Source of the DNA: Candidatus Kapaibacterium sp.
Lineage (GTDB): Bacteria; Bacteroidota; Ignavibacteria; Kapaibacteriales; UBA2268
Direction of reading: 5' to 3'
Assembly (NCBI GenBank): GCA_963664875.1
Contig: OY761611.1
Span: forward strand, 1,216,001 to 1,280,000
Length of the DNA: 64,000 bases
Within the stretch, counting starts at the first letter, position 1, and every line of letters begins with the position of its first letter. The translations under genes and the position numbers were made by a program. Shown in pieces: positions 1 to 9,182 of the stretch. The notes beneath the pieces are model-generated. The model was not told the origin of the DNA, searched no databases, and was given only the letters and a program-made list of their open reading frames with translations.

Positions 1-796
1 GGGCTTTAATATGAAGATAGCAGGATTTGCTAAAACGATTGGGCTTCAGGTCTTTTATTATATAGCTCCGCAGCTCTGGGCTTGGGGAAGCAACAGAGCC
101 GAAAAGCTTGCTGCTTCAGTAGATAAATTGATAGTTGTTTTTCCTTTTGAAGTTGAATTTTTTAAACAATATGGCATAGAAACATATTTTTGTGGACATC
201 CGCTTTTAGATGAACCGATTTTTCATGACAAGGGTATATCAAAAGAGAACATAGTTGCTCTTCTACCCGGTAGCAGGCAGCAGGAAATTGGCAGAAATCT
301 ACCTGTGATGATAGATTCAGCCCGTGAGTTCCAAAAGAAAAACAAAGACTTTAAGATAGCTGTAGCAAAAGCAGGCAATGTTAGCTTAGATAGATTTCTA
401 TCAAATGATATTGATATATATGCTAACTCAAGAGAATTGATGAAAAAAGCCAAAGTCGGAATAGTTAAAACCGGCACTTCTACTTTAGAAGCGGCACTTT
501 GCGATATGCCTTTCCTGATGATATATAAGACCTCTCCCCTGACTTATTACATGGGAAGAAGGCTTATAAATTTAGATTATATATCATTAGTAAACATTTT
601 GCTGAAACGGCATACAATCAAAGAGTTGTTCCAAGGTGAGGCAAATAAATACTCTATATCAAAAGAGTTGGATATACTCGCAAAAGACGAAGCAAAATAT
701 AGGCATTTGTTAGAAGAATTTGACTTAGTCCGTGAGACTTTAGGCGGGATAGGTGCATCAGAAAAAGCAGCTGAATTAATACTTGGGTTTGACTAA
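1..796 (+). CDS. lpxB: Lipid-A-disaccharide synthase (5' end outside window)
   Basis: YYIAPQLWAW, VFPFE, GHPL, LLPGSR and SLVNI motifs of LpxB. The reading frame is open to the window edge, so the gene is N-terminally truncated. Confidence 0.95.
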   Translation, partial: GFNMKIAGFAKTIGLQVFYYIAPQLWAWGSNRAEKLAASVDKLIVVFPFEVEFFKQYGIETYFCGHPLLDEPIFHDKGISKENIVALLPGSRQQEIGRNLPVMIDSAREFQKKNKDFKIAVAKAGNVSLDRFLSNDIDIYANSRELMKKAKVGIVKTGTSTLEAALCDMPFLMIYKTSPLTYYMGRRLINLDYISLVNILLKRHTIKELFQGEANKYSISKELDILAKDEAKYRHLLEEFDLVRETLGGIGASEKAAELILGFD

Positions 797-1392
797 TGAA
801 TCTTAAAGCAAGCGAGAAAATATTGATATGGTTGATGAACTCTGTAAGTAAGACATGGAGAATCAAATTTGAAGGTGATTTCCCCGAGTCGCCTGCAGTT
901 ATAGCATTTTGGCATGGAGAGATGCTCCCTTGCTGGAAAGTTTTCGGGAAATATTCTCCCAGAGCAGTCGTAAGTCAAAGTAAAGACGGAGAAATTCTTA
1001 CAGCATTATTGAATAAATGGGGATTTGAAGTGTTACGAGGCTCCTCCTCAAAAGGCGGCAGAGAAGTCCTCGAAATGATGACAGAAAATGCAAAAGATAG
1101 ATTTTTGCTTATAACTCCTGACGGTCCGAGAGGTCCCATATATAAATTTAAGGCAGGAGCAATTATTGCAGCCCAAAGAGCAGAAGTTCCCTTAGTACTC
1201 TGCAGAGCAAAAATAGGCGCTAAGTTCATTTTCAAAAAAAGCTGGGATAAATTTCAATTCCCATTACCATTTTCTTCAATAAAAATTTGCTTTTCACAAA
1301 AATTCTATATAAATAACAGCTTAGACAGAAAAGAAACGGAAGATTATATTTTAGGTATTGAATCAGAATTAAATTCGATGTTGAATGATTAG
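796..1392 (+). CDS. Lysophospholipid acyltransferase-family protein (DUF374)
   Basis: FWHG, SxSKDGE, RGSSSKGG and ITPDGPRGP motifs. Start overlaps the lpxB stop (TAATG). Confidence 0.88.
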   Translation: MNLKASEKILIWLMNSVSKTWRIKFEGDFPESPAVIAFWHGEMLPCWKVFGKYSPRAVVSQSKDGEILTALLNKWGFEVLRGSSSKGGREVLEMMTENAKDRFLLITPDGPRGPIYKFKAGAIIAAQRAEVPLVLCRAKIGAKFIFKKSWDKFQFPLPFSSIKICFSQKFYINNSLDRKETEDYILGIESELNSMLND

Positions 1393-1407
1393 TAATTTAG
1401 GTACAAA

Positions 1408-2433
1408 ATGATCAAAAAATTCGCTTCTAAAATTTTTGGCAAAGCGGTTGAAATAAGAAACAGCAGATACGACAACCAAAATAACGAAACAGTAAAAGCA
1501 AACTGCCCTGTTATCAGTGTAGGTAATCTATCTGTGGGCGGTACAGGAAAGACTCCTTTTGTTCAAATGCTTACGGGCACTCTTATCAAACTCGGAAGGA
1601 AACCAGCCATCATTGGCAGAGGTTATAACAGAGAATCAAAAGGCGAAATCGTGGTCTGCGATGGCAAAGACGTACTTGCAAACGCAGAGGAAGCCGGAGA
1701 CGAGATGCTCATGCTTGCAGAATCACTTCGTGTACCGGTTGTAGCACATGACAGCAAATCAGATGCAGCTAAGGATATCCATGAGAAGTTTGATATAGAT
1801 TCTATAATTGTAGATGACGGATTTCAGCACCGCCGACTTGAAAGGGATTTGGATATAGTTATCATTGACAAGGATACAGCCGAAAAGCCATATCTCATGC
1901 CTGAAGGCAGACTAAGAGAACCTTTGACTTCCCTACAAAGGGCTGATGTAATTTGCTACACCGGACTTATAGCAAATAAAGAAGATATCAAAAAGCATAT
2001 AAGAGAAGATGCTTTAGAAATATCAATTTGTCCTAAGCAGTCATTTCCATATCGACTAATCAATAACAAACCTGTAGTCGAACAGGAATTTCATGCGATA
2101 AGAGAAAAAAGCTTAATTTTTTCCGGCATTGCAAACCCGGATAGATTCAAAAATATGCTTGAATCTATGAAATACAGTGTAGTAGAGCATATAGCCTTTG
2201 AGGATCATCACAAATATACCGAATCTGATATAGAAAGGCTGATTGAAAAAGCCAAAGAATACGACATTAAGAATCTGCTTACAACTGAAAAAGATGCAGC
2301 TAAAATTAAAAAATATGCCGTAAAAATAGCTGAGTCAGGAATCATGTTTTATGTTATTCCTGTCAAAATCCAAATCACAGAAGGCAAAGAGCAATTTATT
2401 GAGCTATTAAAACAAGTTTTACTTATTGAGTAA
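1408..2433 (+). CDS. lpxK: Tetraacyldisaccharide 4'-kinase
   Basis: ISVGNLSVGGTGKTP, GDE, DDGFQH, PEGRLREP and TTEKDA motifs. Confidence 0.96.
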   Translation: MIKKFASKIFGKAVEIRNSRYDNQNNETVKANCPVISVGNLSVGGTGKTPFVQMLTGTLIKLGRKPAIIGRGYNRESKGEIVVCDGKDVLANAEEAGDEMLMLAESLRVPVVAHDSKSDAAKDIHEKFDIDSIIVDDGFQHRRLERDLDIVIIDKDTAEKPYLMPEGRLREPLTSLQRADVICYTGLIANKEDIKKHIREDALEISICPKQSFPYRLINNKPVVEQEFHAIREKSLIFSGIANPDRFKNMLESMKYSVVEHIAFEDHHKYTESDIERLIEKAKEYDIKNLLTTEKDAAKIKKYAVKIAESGIMFYVIPVKIQITEGKEQFIELLKQVLLIE

Positions 2434-2435
2434 TA

Positions 2436-3215
2436 ATGATGAAGAAGATATTTTTGCTGATGTTTATGAGTTTCTTGATTTTTGCCTGCAGCAAAGAAGA
2501 AAAACTCAAAATTGCAATTTCTAAGGCAAAAGGGAGCGAGCATTATGAAAATTACTCTAAGTGGCTATCTAAAGTTGAGCCAAACGCAGAGTATATAGAT
2601 TTATATTTTATTGATAGAGATGAAGCGTTAAAGATTCTAAAAGAATGTGACGGATTGCTACTTTCCGGAGGGCCGGATTTGCATCCCGTTTATTTTGGCA
2701 AAGAATCCGACAGTGCAAGATGTGAAATTGATTTAGTGAGAGATACTCTCGAATTGTCACTTATCAAAGAAGCTATGGCCATGAACCTGCCTATATTGGG
2801 CATTTGCAGAGGTGAGCAAATTTTGAATGTTGCTCTGGGTGGGTCTCTTATTATAGATATTCCCTGCGACTACCCTGATGCAATCATTCATCAGACACCA
2901 AATCCTGACAGTTGCTATCATGGTATAAATCTTGTCCAAGGAACTTATTTACAAAGTATAAGCGGAGCGATGCAGGGAGAAGTAAACTCGAACCACCACC
3001 AAGCTGTAGATAGATTGGCTGATGGACTTGTGGCGAGTGCCTACAGTGCCGATGGCATAATTGAAGCATTTGAATGGCACGACAACAATACAAAACCTTT
3101 TATGTTGGCTGTGCAGTGGCATCCTGAGCGATTAGAGTTATCAAATCCGCTTTCCAAACCAATTGCCGAGGCATTCCTAAAAGCAAGCAAAGAATATGAT
3201 ATGAAACAAAAATGA
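2436..3215 (+). CDS. Peptidase C26 / gamma-glutamyl hydrolase (PuuD-like), predicted lipoprotein
   Basis: GLLLSGGPD, GICRG (nucleophile Cys), VNSNHHQAV and VQWHPE motifs. N-terminal lipobox IFA-C followed by SKEEK. Confidence 0.88.
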   Translation: MMKKIFLLMFMSFLIFACSKEEKLKIAISKAKGSEHYENYSKWLSKVEPNAEYIDLYFIDRDEALKILKECDGLLLSGGPDLHPVYFGKESDSARCEIDLVRDTLELSLIKEAMAMNLPILGICRGEQILNVALGGSLIIDIPCDYPDAIIHQTPNPDSCYHGINLVQGTYLQSISGAMQGEVNSNHHQAVDRLADGLVASAYSADGIIEAFEWHDNNTKPFMLAVQWHPERLELSNPLSKPIAEAFLKASKEYDMKQK

Positions 3216-3225
3216 TACAGAAAAC

Positions 3226-3254
3226 AAAAGGCGTCTTAGGATAGCCTTTTTTTT
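3226..3254 (+). terminator. Intrinsic terminator
   Basis: AAAAGGC...GCCTTTT stem followed by a T-run, directly after the C26 gene. Confidence 0.55.
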
Positions 3255-3317
3255 ATTTGACAATAGGATTATCTTTATTAAGTTGTTTTCTTTAATAACA
3301 GTAATTACGGAGACAAG

Positions 3318-4481
3318 ATGCAAGTTCCTTTACTCGACCTAAGAGCTCAATATCAAACATTAAAATCTGAAATTGAACCGGTACTCCTCAAAATTGCAGA
3401 ATCTCAAATGCTCATTTTGGGCGAAGAAGTAAATAAATTAGAAGCAACATTAGCAGAATATTGTGACTGCAAGTATGCGATAGGTGTTTCAAGCGGCACA
3501 GATGCCTTGCTTTGTGCTTTGATGGCAATAGATATTCAACCCGGAGACGAAGTTATATTACCTACATATTCATTTTTTGCTACTGCGGGAGTAGTCTCAA
3601 GAATGAATGCAACACCTGTATTTGTAGATGTTGATCCGGTTACAAATAATATAGACCCTAAGCTAATCAAAGCTGCAATTACAGCTAAAACTAAAGCAAT
3701 TATACCTGTTCATCTCTATGGTCAGTCAGCTGACATGGATGAGATATTAGAAATAGCCTGCAGCAATAATCTTGTAGTTATAGAAGATTGCGCTCAGGCG
3801 ATAGGTGCACAGTACCAAAATGGTAAAAAAGTTGGCTCTATGGGTTTGATAGGCTGCTATTCATTCTATCCTACGAAGAATCTTGGTGGTTTTGGCGATG
3901 GTGGATTAGTAGTAACAAACGATGAAGAAATGGCTATAAAACTACGCCAAATGCGAAATCATGGTATGGAACCAAAATACCACCACAAATTTGTTGGTGG
4001 TAATTTCCGATTAGATGCTTTGCAGGCTGCAGTTCTAAATGTTAAGTACCCTCATTTAGAATCATGGCATCAGGCGAGAAGAAACAATGCCAACTTATAC
4101 ACAAAACTATTTGTCGAAGCCGGCATCGCACAAGGCGAAGGCTTCCTGCAATATGATGAAGAAAACAAAGTACTACTACCTAAAGCTGTCTATAAGTCTT
4201 CCGGTCACACTAATTATCACATATATAATCAATATTGTATAAGAGTGCAAAATCGTGACGCAGTAAGAGCATTTTTAGGAGAAAACCAAATAGGTTCAGA
4301 AATTTACTATCCGGTACCTTTCCACAGACAGGAATGTTTTGCAAACTTGGGTTGCATCGATGCAGATTATCCGGTTTCTAATCAGATAAGCGAAGAGACA
4401 ATAGCACTTCCTATTTATCCGGAACTTGCTGCTGAGCAAATAGCTTTCGTGGTTGAAAAAATAGCAGAATTTTTGAAATAA
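3318..4481 (+). CDS. DegT/DnrJ/EryC1/StrS PLP-dependent sugar aminotransferase (WbpE/GnnB-like)
   Basis: SSGTDAL, PVHLYGQ, EDCAQA, SFYPTKNLGGFGDGG and NFRLDALQAA motifs. Confidence 0.93.
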   Translation: MQVPLLDLRAQYQTLKSEIEPVLLKIAESQMLILGEEVNKLEATLAEYCDCKYAIGVSSGTDALLCALMAIDIQPGDEVILPTYSFFATAGVVSRMNATPVFVDVDPVTNNIDPKLIKAAITAKTKAIIPVHLYGQSADMDEILEIACSNNLVVIEDCAQAIGAQYQNGKKVGSMGLIGCYSFYPTKNLGGFGDGGLVVTNDEEMAIKLRQMRNHGMEPKYHHKFVGGNFRLDALQAAVLNVKYPHLESWHQARRNNANLYTKLFVEAGIAQGEGFLQYDEENKVLLPKAVYKSSGHTNYHIYNQYCIRVQNRDAVRAFLGENQIGSEIYYPVPFHRQECFANLGCIDADYPVSNQISEETIALPIYPELAAEQIAFVVEKIAEFLK

Positions 4482-4499
4482 TAATGACTAAGTTAATAC

Positions 4500-4533
4500 A
4501 AAAAACCCGAAGTTTTATGCTTCGGGTTTTTTT
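4500..4533. terminator. Bidirectional intrinsic terminator
   Basis: AAAAAACCCGAAG-loop-CTTCGGGTTTTTT between convergent genes. Confidence 0.85.
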
Positions 4534-4538
4534 AAATT

Positions 4539-6323
4539 TTATGTTTTTGGAATAGAAAATTTGAAGTCGGAACCTTTACCATAATCACTTTCAACCCAAA
4601 TTCTTCCGCCGTGTTTTTCGACAAATTCTTTACAAATAATGAGACCTAAGCCTGTACCTTTTTCTTTAGAAGTACCAATAGTAGTATGATGGACATCTAT
4701 ACGGAAAAGTTTTTCTAAATCTTCCTCTCTTATGCCTACGCCTGTGTCACTGATGGCAAAGACATATTGGTCATGTTCTTCTTTGTATGTAAAAGAGACA
4801 GATCCGCCTGAATCAGTAAATTTAAGGGCATTAAATGAAAGATTTCTTACGATAGTAGATATCATATTTCTATCTACACGAAGGAATATATCCGGATTTA
4901 TCTTGTTTTTCAATGTAATAGACTTTTTGGCAGCACTTACTTCACACAAATCTTCGATTTCAGCAAATATTTCATATATATTTATGGATTCAGGTCTGAA
5001 TTCGATGCCACCGGATTGAGTTCTTGCCCAAGTAAGCAAATTATCTAATAAATCACGTAATGAAACAATCGTTTGATTGAGAGAAACCAAATATTTTTCC
5101 ATCTTTTCTTTATCATCTCGCTTCATATACAGCGATAGTAAATCAGAAGAAAAGAGCAACAGTTGCAGAGGATTTTTCAAATCATGTGCAATGATATTGA
5201 AGAATTTATCTTTGGCTGCATTGGCTTCTTTCAGTTTATACTCTGATTCGAGGAGCAATTCATTTAAACTTTGGAGCTTTGCAGATTCATTAGCAATTTG
5301 TGCATTCAGTTTCTGAAGCTCGTCATTCGACTCTTTAAGCTCTTCTTGTACTCTTCTTCTTTCTTCATTTTCGTATTTTAATTCTTCCATGGCGTCTTGC
5401 AACTGAGCCGTCCTCTCTACAACTCTCTCTTCGAGCTCTTCATTTAGCAATTTGATTTTTTCTTCGTTTCTTTTACGCTCAGTAATATCGACCACGATGC
5501 CTCGAAATCCTTCATGTATATTATCTTTAATAATTGGCATTGTGTAAATAATTACCGGAACTTTTTCACCGTTTTTGGTTATAAGAGTATATTCATTAAA
5601 ATGATGCGTACCGTTATTCTGCACAAGATTTTTCAATTCAATTTTAGCTTTTTCTCTTTCTTCATCTGAGAAAAGATCAAATACGTTTAAACCTTTTTTA
5701 ATATCGTATTGGTCATAGCCGGAAAGAGCAAACCCTTGTTTATTGGAGTAAGTGAAATTAGCTTGCGCATCAGTTTCAAAAACAGTCTGAGGGAGTAAGT
5801 CTGCTAAATCTCTAAATTTCTGCTCGCTTTTACGCAAATCCTCTTCAGTTTTTTTCCTAACGGTAATTTCTTTTTGTAGCTCTCTGGTTCTGATATATAC
5901 AAGCTCTTCGAGGTGAAGTTTATATTGCTCTAATTCAGTTTCAGCATTTTTTCTTTTAAGTGCATTTTCCACTGTAATTGGAAGAGTCTGCAGATGCTTG
6001 CCGTTTGTATCTTTGATAAGATAATCATAGGCTCCCTGTTTCATAGCTTTGACAGCGACTTCCTGATCGCCAAGTCCCGTAACAACAATAAACGGAATAC
6101 CTCCCATATATTCAAAAAGATCAAAGGCGGTTCCGTCGCCGAGGTTAAAATCAGTAACTACAACGTCAAACTCTTTGCTGTTAAGAATAGAAATTGCGTT
6201 ATCTACAGAGTCAGCAGTTTCATATTCATAAGGCAAATTATTTGCTTTTACAAATCGCTTAAAAGCCATTCTGTCAATAGTATCATCATCGACAAAAAGG
6301 AGTCTTATGTTATCTTTGTTCAT
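4539..6323 (-). CDS. Hybrid kinase: N-terminal receiver, PAS, coiled coil, HisKA/HATPase
   Basis: LLFVDDD...VVTDFNL receiver, PAS, IIAHDLKNP H-box, NALKF, DTGVG and GTGLGL boxes. Confidence 0.92.
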   Translation of the reverse strand: MNKDNIRLLFVDDDTIDRMAFKRFVKANNLPYEYETADSVDNAISILNSKEFDVVVTDFNLGDGTAFDLFEYMGGIPFIVVTGLGDQEVAVKAMKQGAYDYLIKDTNGKHLQTLPITVENALKRKNAETELEQYKLHLEELVYIRTRELQKEITVRKKTEEDLRKSEQKFRDLADLLPQTVFETDAQANFTYSNKQGFALSGYDQYDIKKGLNVFDLFSDEEREKAKIELKNLVQNNGTHHFNEYTLITKNGEKVPVIIYTMPIIKDNIHEGFRGIVVDITERKRNEEKIKLLNEELEERVVERTAQLQDAMEELKYENEERRRVQEELKESNDELQKLNAQIANESAKLQSLNELLLESEYKLKEANAAKDKFFNIIAHDLKNPLQLLLFSSDLLSLYMKRDDKEKMEKYLVSLNQTIVSLRDLLDNLLTWARTQSGGIEFRPESINIYEIFAEIEDLCEVSAAKKSITLKNKINPDIFLRVDRNMISTIVRNLSFNALKFTDSGGSVSFTYKEEHDQYVFAISDTGVGIREEDLEKLFRIDVHHTTIGTSKEKGTGLGLIICKEFVEKHGGRIWVESDYGKGSDFKFSIPKT

Positions 6324-6329
6324 ATAGTT

Positions 6330-6743
6330 TTACTCTGGAAGTTCGCTTAAAGTCCAATAAATATTAATTGTTTTTATAACATCAACAAACTGCTGATAAT
6401 CCACCGGTTTTGTCATATATCCGGCAACACCATTGTTGAAGCTATTCATCCTGTCTCTTTCCTCTGAAGAAGTAGTAAGTACGACAATAGGAATCTTCCT
6501 AAGTCTCTCTGTTTCTTTTGCTACTTTCATAAATTCGAGACCATTCATTTTAGGCATATTTAAGTCTAAAAGAATGATGCAAGGAATTTCGTTGTCAGTA
6601 TTAGTAAGGTATTCCAATGCTTCTTCTCCATTGGAAGCAACGACGACATTATTGGTTACTTTGATTTCTTTCAATGCTCTTTTTACTGTCATAGCATCTA
6701 CTTTATCATCTTCAACCAATAAAATGGGCTTTTTACTTTTCAT
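6330..6743 (-). CDS. Single-domain response regulator (Rcp1-like)
   Basis: ILLVEDD, ILLDLNMPKMNG, VVLTTS and YMTKP motifs. Start set at MKSKKP. Confidence 0.92.
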   Translation of the reverse strand: MKSKKPILLVEDDKVDAMTVKRALKEIKVTNNVVVASNGEEALEYLTNTDNEIPCIILLDLNMPKMNGLEFMKVAKETERLRKIPIVVLTTSSEERDRMNSFNNGVAGYMTKPVDYQQFVDVIKTINIYWTLSELPE

Positions 6744-6765
6744 ATAAAAACTCGCAAGGTATATA

Positions 6766-8619
6766 TCATTCATAAGCTACTTTTGATTTTGACAATGTGA
6801 AGTAAAATATTGTGTATTCATCTATAGATGATTCGATCCAAACTGAACCTCCATAGAGCTCTATAATTTTTTTGACAATTGATAATCCAATGCCGGTATT
6901 ATCATTGTCCTCTTTCTGTTCTAACGTTTGAAAGATACCAAATATTTTTTCATGATACTTTTTATCTATACCGACTCCATTATCTTTTACAGCAAACTGA
7001 TAGACTTCATCTAAATCCTCAAACAAAATCTCTACCTGTGCATTTTGCTTATCGCAATATTTAATTGAATTACTTACTAAATTTTGAAATACTTGTTCAA
7101 TTCTTATCCTATCTGCAATAATTACAGGTAAATATTCAGGCAAAGAGAATGAAAAATGTTTAGGCGGATTGAGTATATCAATAATATCTTCAAGCAACTC
7201 TTTAAGTTCAATTCTTTCTTCTTTATTAACAATCCGACCTACTCTGGAATACTCCAAAATTCCATTAATCAATTTATTTAGTCTATCAACTCTTTTTATC
7301 AATAATTCTGCCAGTTCTTGGCCATCTTTATCGAGTTCGTCTTTGTAATCTTGGAGGAACCACTGAGACAACTGACTTATGCCTCGCAACGGTGCTTTCA
7401 AGTCATGAGAAACCACATACGCAAAATCTTTTAATTCGTTGTTTGCAGATTGCAATTCTGCAGTTCTTCTTCTTACTCTATCTTCAAGCTCTGCATTTAG
7501 CTGTTTGACTTCTTCTTCAATCCTTTTTCTGTCAGTGATATCTGTAGCAATTGCTTCTAATGCTATAGGAGCACCATTAGCATCTTTCACTATTACAGAT
7601 TTTTGATAAAACCATCTTACATCACCGTTTTTATGAGTTATCTGATATTCGTAAGCCGGCAAAACATTTCCATGTACAATATCGCTCCAAATATTTTCGA
7701 ACCAGGCATGGAATGAAGGATGCATAATTTTCTTCATAAAAAGAGGTTCTTTATAGAAATCATTTGGCGTGTAGCCTGACATTTCGACAATAGCAGGGCT
7801 CATATATTCATAAAAACCATCAGGAATAGAGATTCTATATATAGCATCTTTAGCATTTTCAGTTAGCCTTCGATATCTCATTTCGCTATCACGGAGACTC
7901 TCTTCAGCAAAATCTCTTTCTTTTTCACGGTTCTGAATCACCTCTAGCATCTGATTAAACTCATTAAACAAAAGACCTATCTCATCATAGTATAAATTTT
8001 TAAGTCTTATGGAATAATCCCCTTTTTCGGTAATTTCATTTGTAATATTTGTCAATTCTATAATAGGATCTGAGATAATTTTTTGCAATCTGGAAGCCAA
8101 AAGATAGGTTATTATAAAAAGCAGTATGATTAGCATCAACACTATGTAGATAGAGTCAAGTATTTTTTTACTTAATTCTGTATTTGCCCTTATATAAAGA
8201 AATCCGAGCTTTTCACCCATGTAGGTGATTGGTTCAAAAATATGGAGAATATCCCCCTCAAAATGAGTAACATGCGAATCAAACGATTTTGATTTTATAT
8301 GAGTAGAAGGATGACCGGGGCGTGCATAAGAAACTATTTTGGTAGCACTTGTATCGTAAATCTGTGCATGAGTTATATTTGGTATATATTCGAGCTGTTT
8401 AAGAATATCAGCTGTCTTTTCTGTCATATTGTACAAAATACCTGGTGCTACGGATTCGCTATAAAGCTTAGCATTGACTTGCATCTGAGTGCTAATTTCA
8501 TTTTTAAGAGTAATAATATTGTTAATAGTAAGTAAAGCCATACCCAAAACAATCACCAAGCTGGTAATCATAAGAATAATCGAGATGATTTTGTTTTTTA
8601 TTGAAAGCTTTTTAAACAT
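6766..8619 (-). CDS. Membrane sensor histidine kinase (YfiN-like periplasmic sensor, HAMP, PAS, HisKA/HATPase)
   Basis: Two TM segments around a periplasmic domain, HAMP (DEIGLL), PAS, FAYVVSHDLKAPLRG and DNGVG/GIGL boxes. Confidence 0.9.
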   Translation of the reverse strand: MFKKLSIKNKIISIILMITSLVIVLGMALLTINNIITLKNEISTQMQVNAKLYSESVAPGILYNMTEKTADILKQLEYIPNITHAQIYDTSATKIVSYARPGHPSTHIKSKSFDSHVTHFEGDILHIFEPITYMGEKLGFLYIRANTELSKKILDSIYIVLMLIILLFIITYLLASRLQKIISDPIIELTNITNEITEKGDYSIRLKNLYYDEIGLLFNEFNQMLEVIQNREKERDFAEESLRDSEMRYRRLTENAKDAIYRISIPDGFYEYMSPAIVEMSGYTPNDFYKEPLFMKKIMHPSFHAWFENIWSDIVHGNVLPAYEYQITHKNGDVRWFYQKSVIVKDANGAPIALEAIATDITDRKRIEEEVKQLNAELEDRVRRRTAELQSANNELKDFAYVVSHDLKAPLRGISQLSQWFLQDYKDELDKDGQELAELLIKRVDRLNKLINGILEYSRVGRIVNKEERIELKELLEDIIDILNPPKHFSFSLPEYLPVIIADRIRIEQVFQNLVSNSIKYCDKQNAQVEILFEDLDEVYQFAVKDNGVGIDKKYHEKIFGIFQTLEQKEDNDNTGIGLSIVKKIIELYGGSVWIESSIDEYTIFYFTLSKSKVAYE

Positions 8620-9162
8620 TTACTCTCCAACAACTACTCCAATATTGAGTATGTATAAATCAAATTCCAACTTAGCTCTTCTTATCGCACGCGGATTTAT
8701 CTCGAAGCTCAATTTACCGTCATCGGTAACAAAAAAGTTTATCATTATACCCTTTCTACCCATGCCGTCGCTTTCTGCCATAGTTAGAATAGATTTTTTT
8801 TCGCAAAACTGAATTATTTTATCTATATCCGAGTCAAATTTTCTTGAGATAAATAAGATTTGGCATTGTTTGCATTGAGAAATTGAATTATAGTTTTCAA
8901 TCACTACTTCTTTATTATTGATTTTAGTATTTTTATACATATTCTTAGCAACTTCTGTAATTCGGCTATCTCCCAAAACACCAATTATAAACTTATCAGG
9001 GTCAGAATAATTAAAGCCTGAAATTGATTTTGAGAAATGTTGGAAAAAACTTGATTTTACTCTGTACTCAATATCCAAATTGAATACAGAAAGTGGTAAT
9101 AAAAAGAATAGTAAACAAGATACTATTATATATATTATTTTATTTGTCTTGTTTTTCAACAC
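8620..9162 (-). CDS. YfiR family periplasmic protein (DUF4154)
   Basis: Signal peptide, EYRVKSSF, FIIGVLGD, CQILFIS, ILT..E...GIMINF and FEIN motifs typical of YfiR. Confidence 0.82.
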   Translation of the reverse strand: MLKNKTNKIIYIIVSCLLFFLLPLSVFNLDIEYRVKSSFFQHFSKSISGFNYSDPDKFIIGVLGDSRITEVAKNMYKNTKINNKEVVIENYNSISQCKQCQILFISRKFDSDIDKIIQFCEKKSILTMAESDGMGRKGIMINFFVTDDGKLSFEINPRAIRRAKLEFDLYILNIGVVVGE

Positions 9163-9182
9163 AACACCGTATAGTCTTGACT

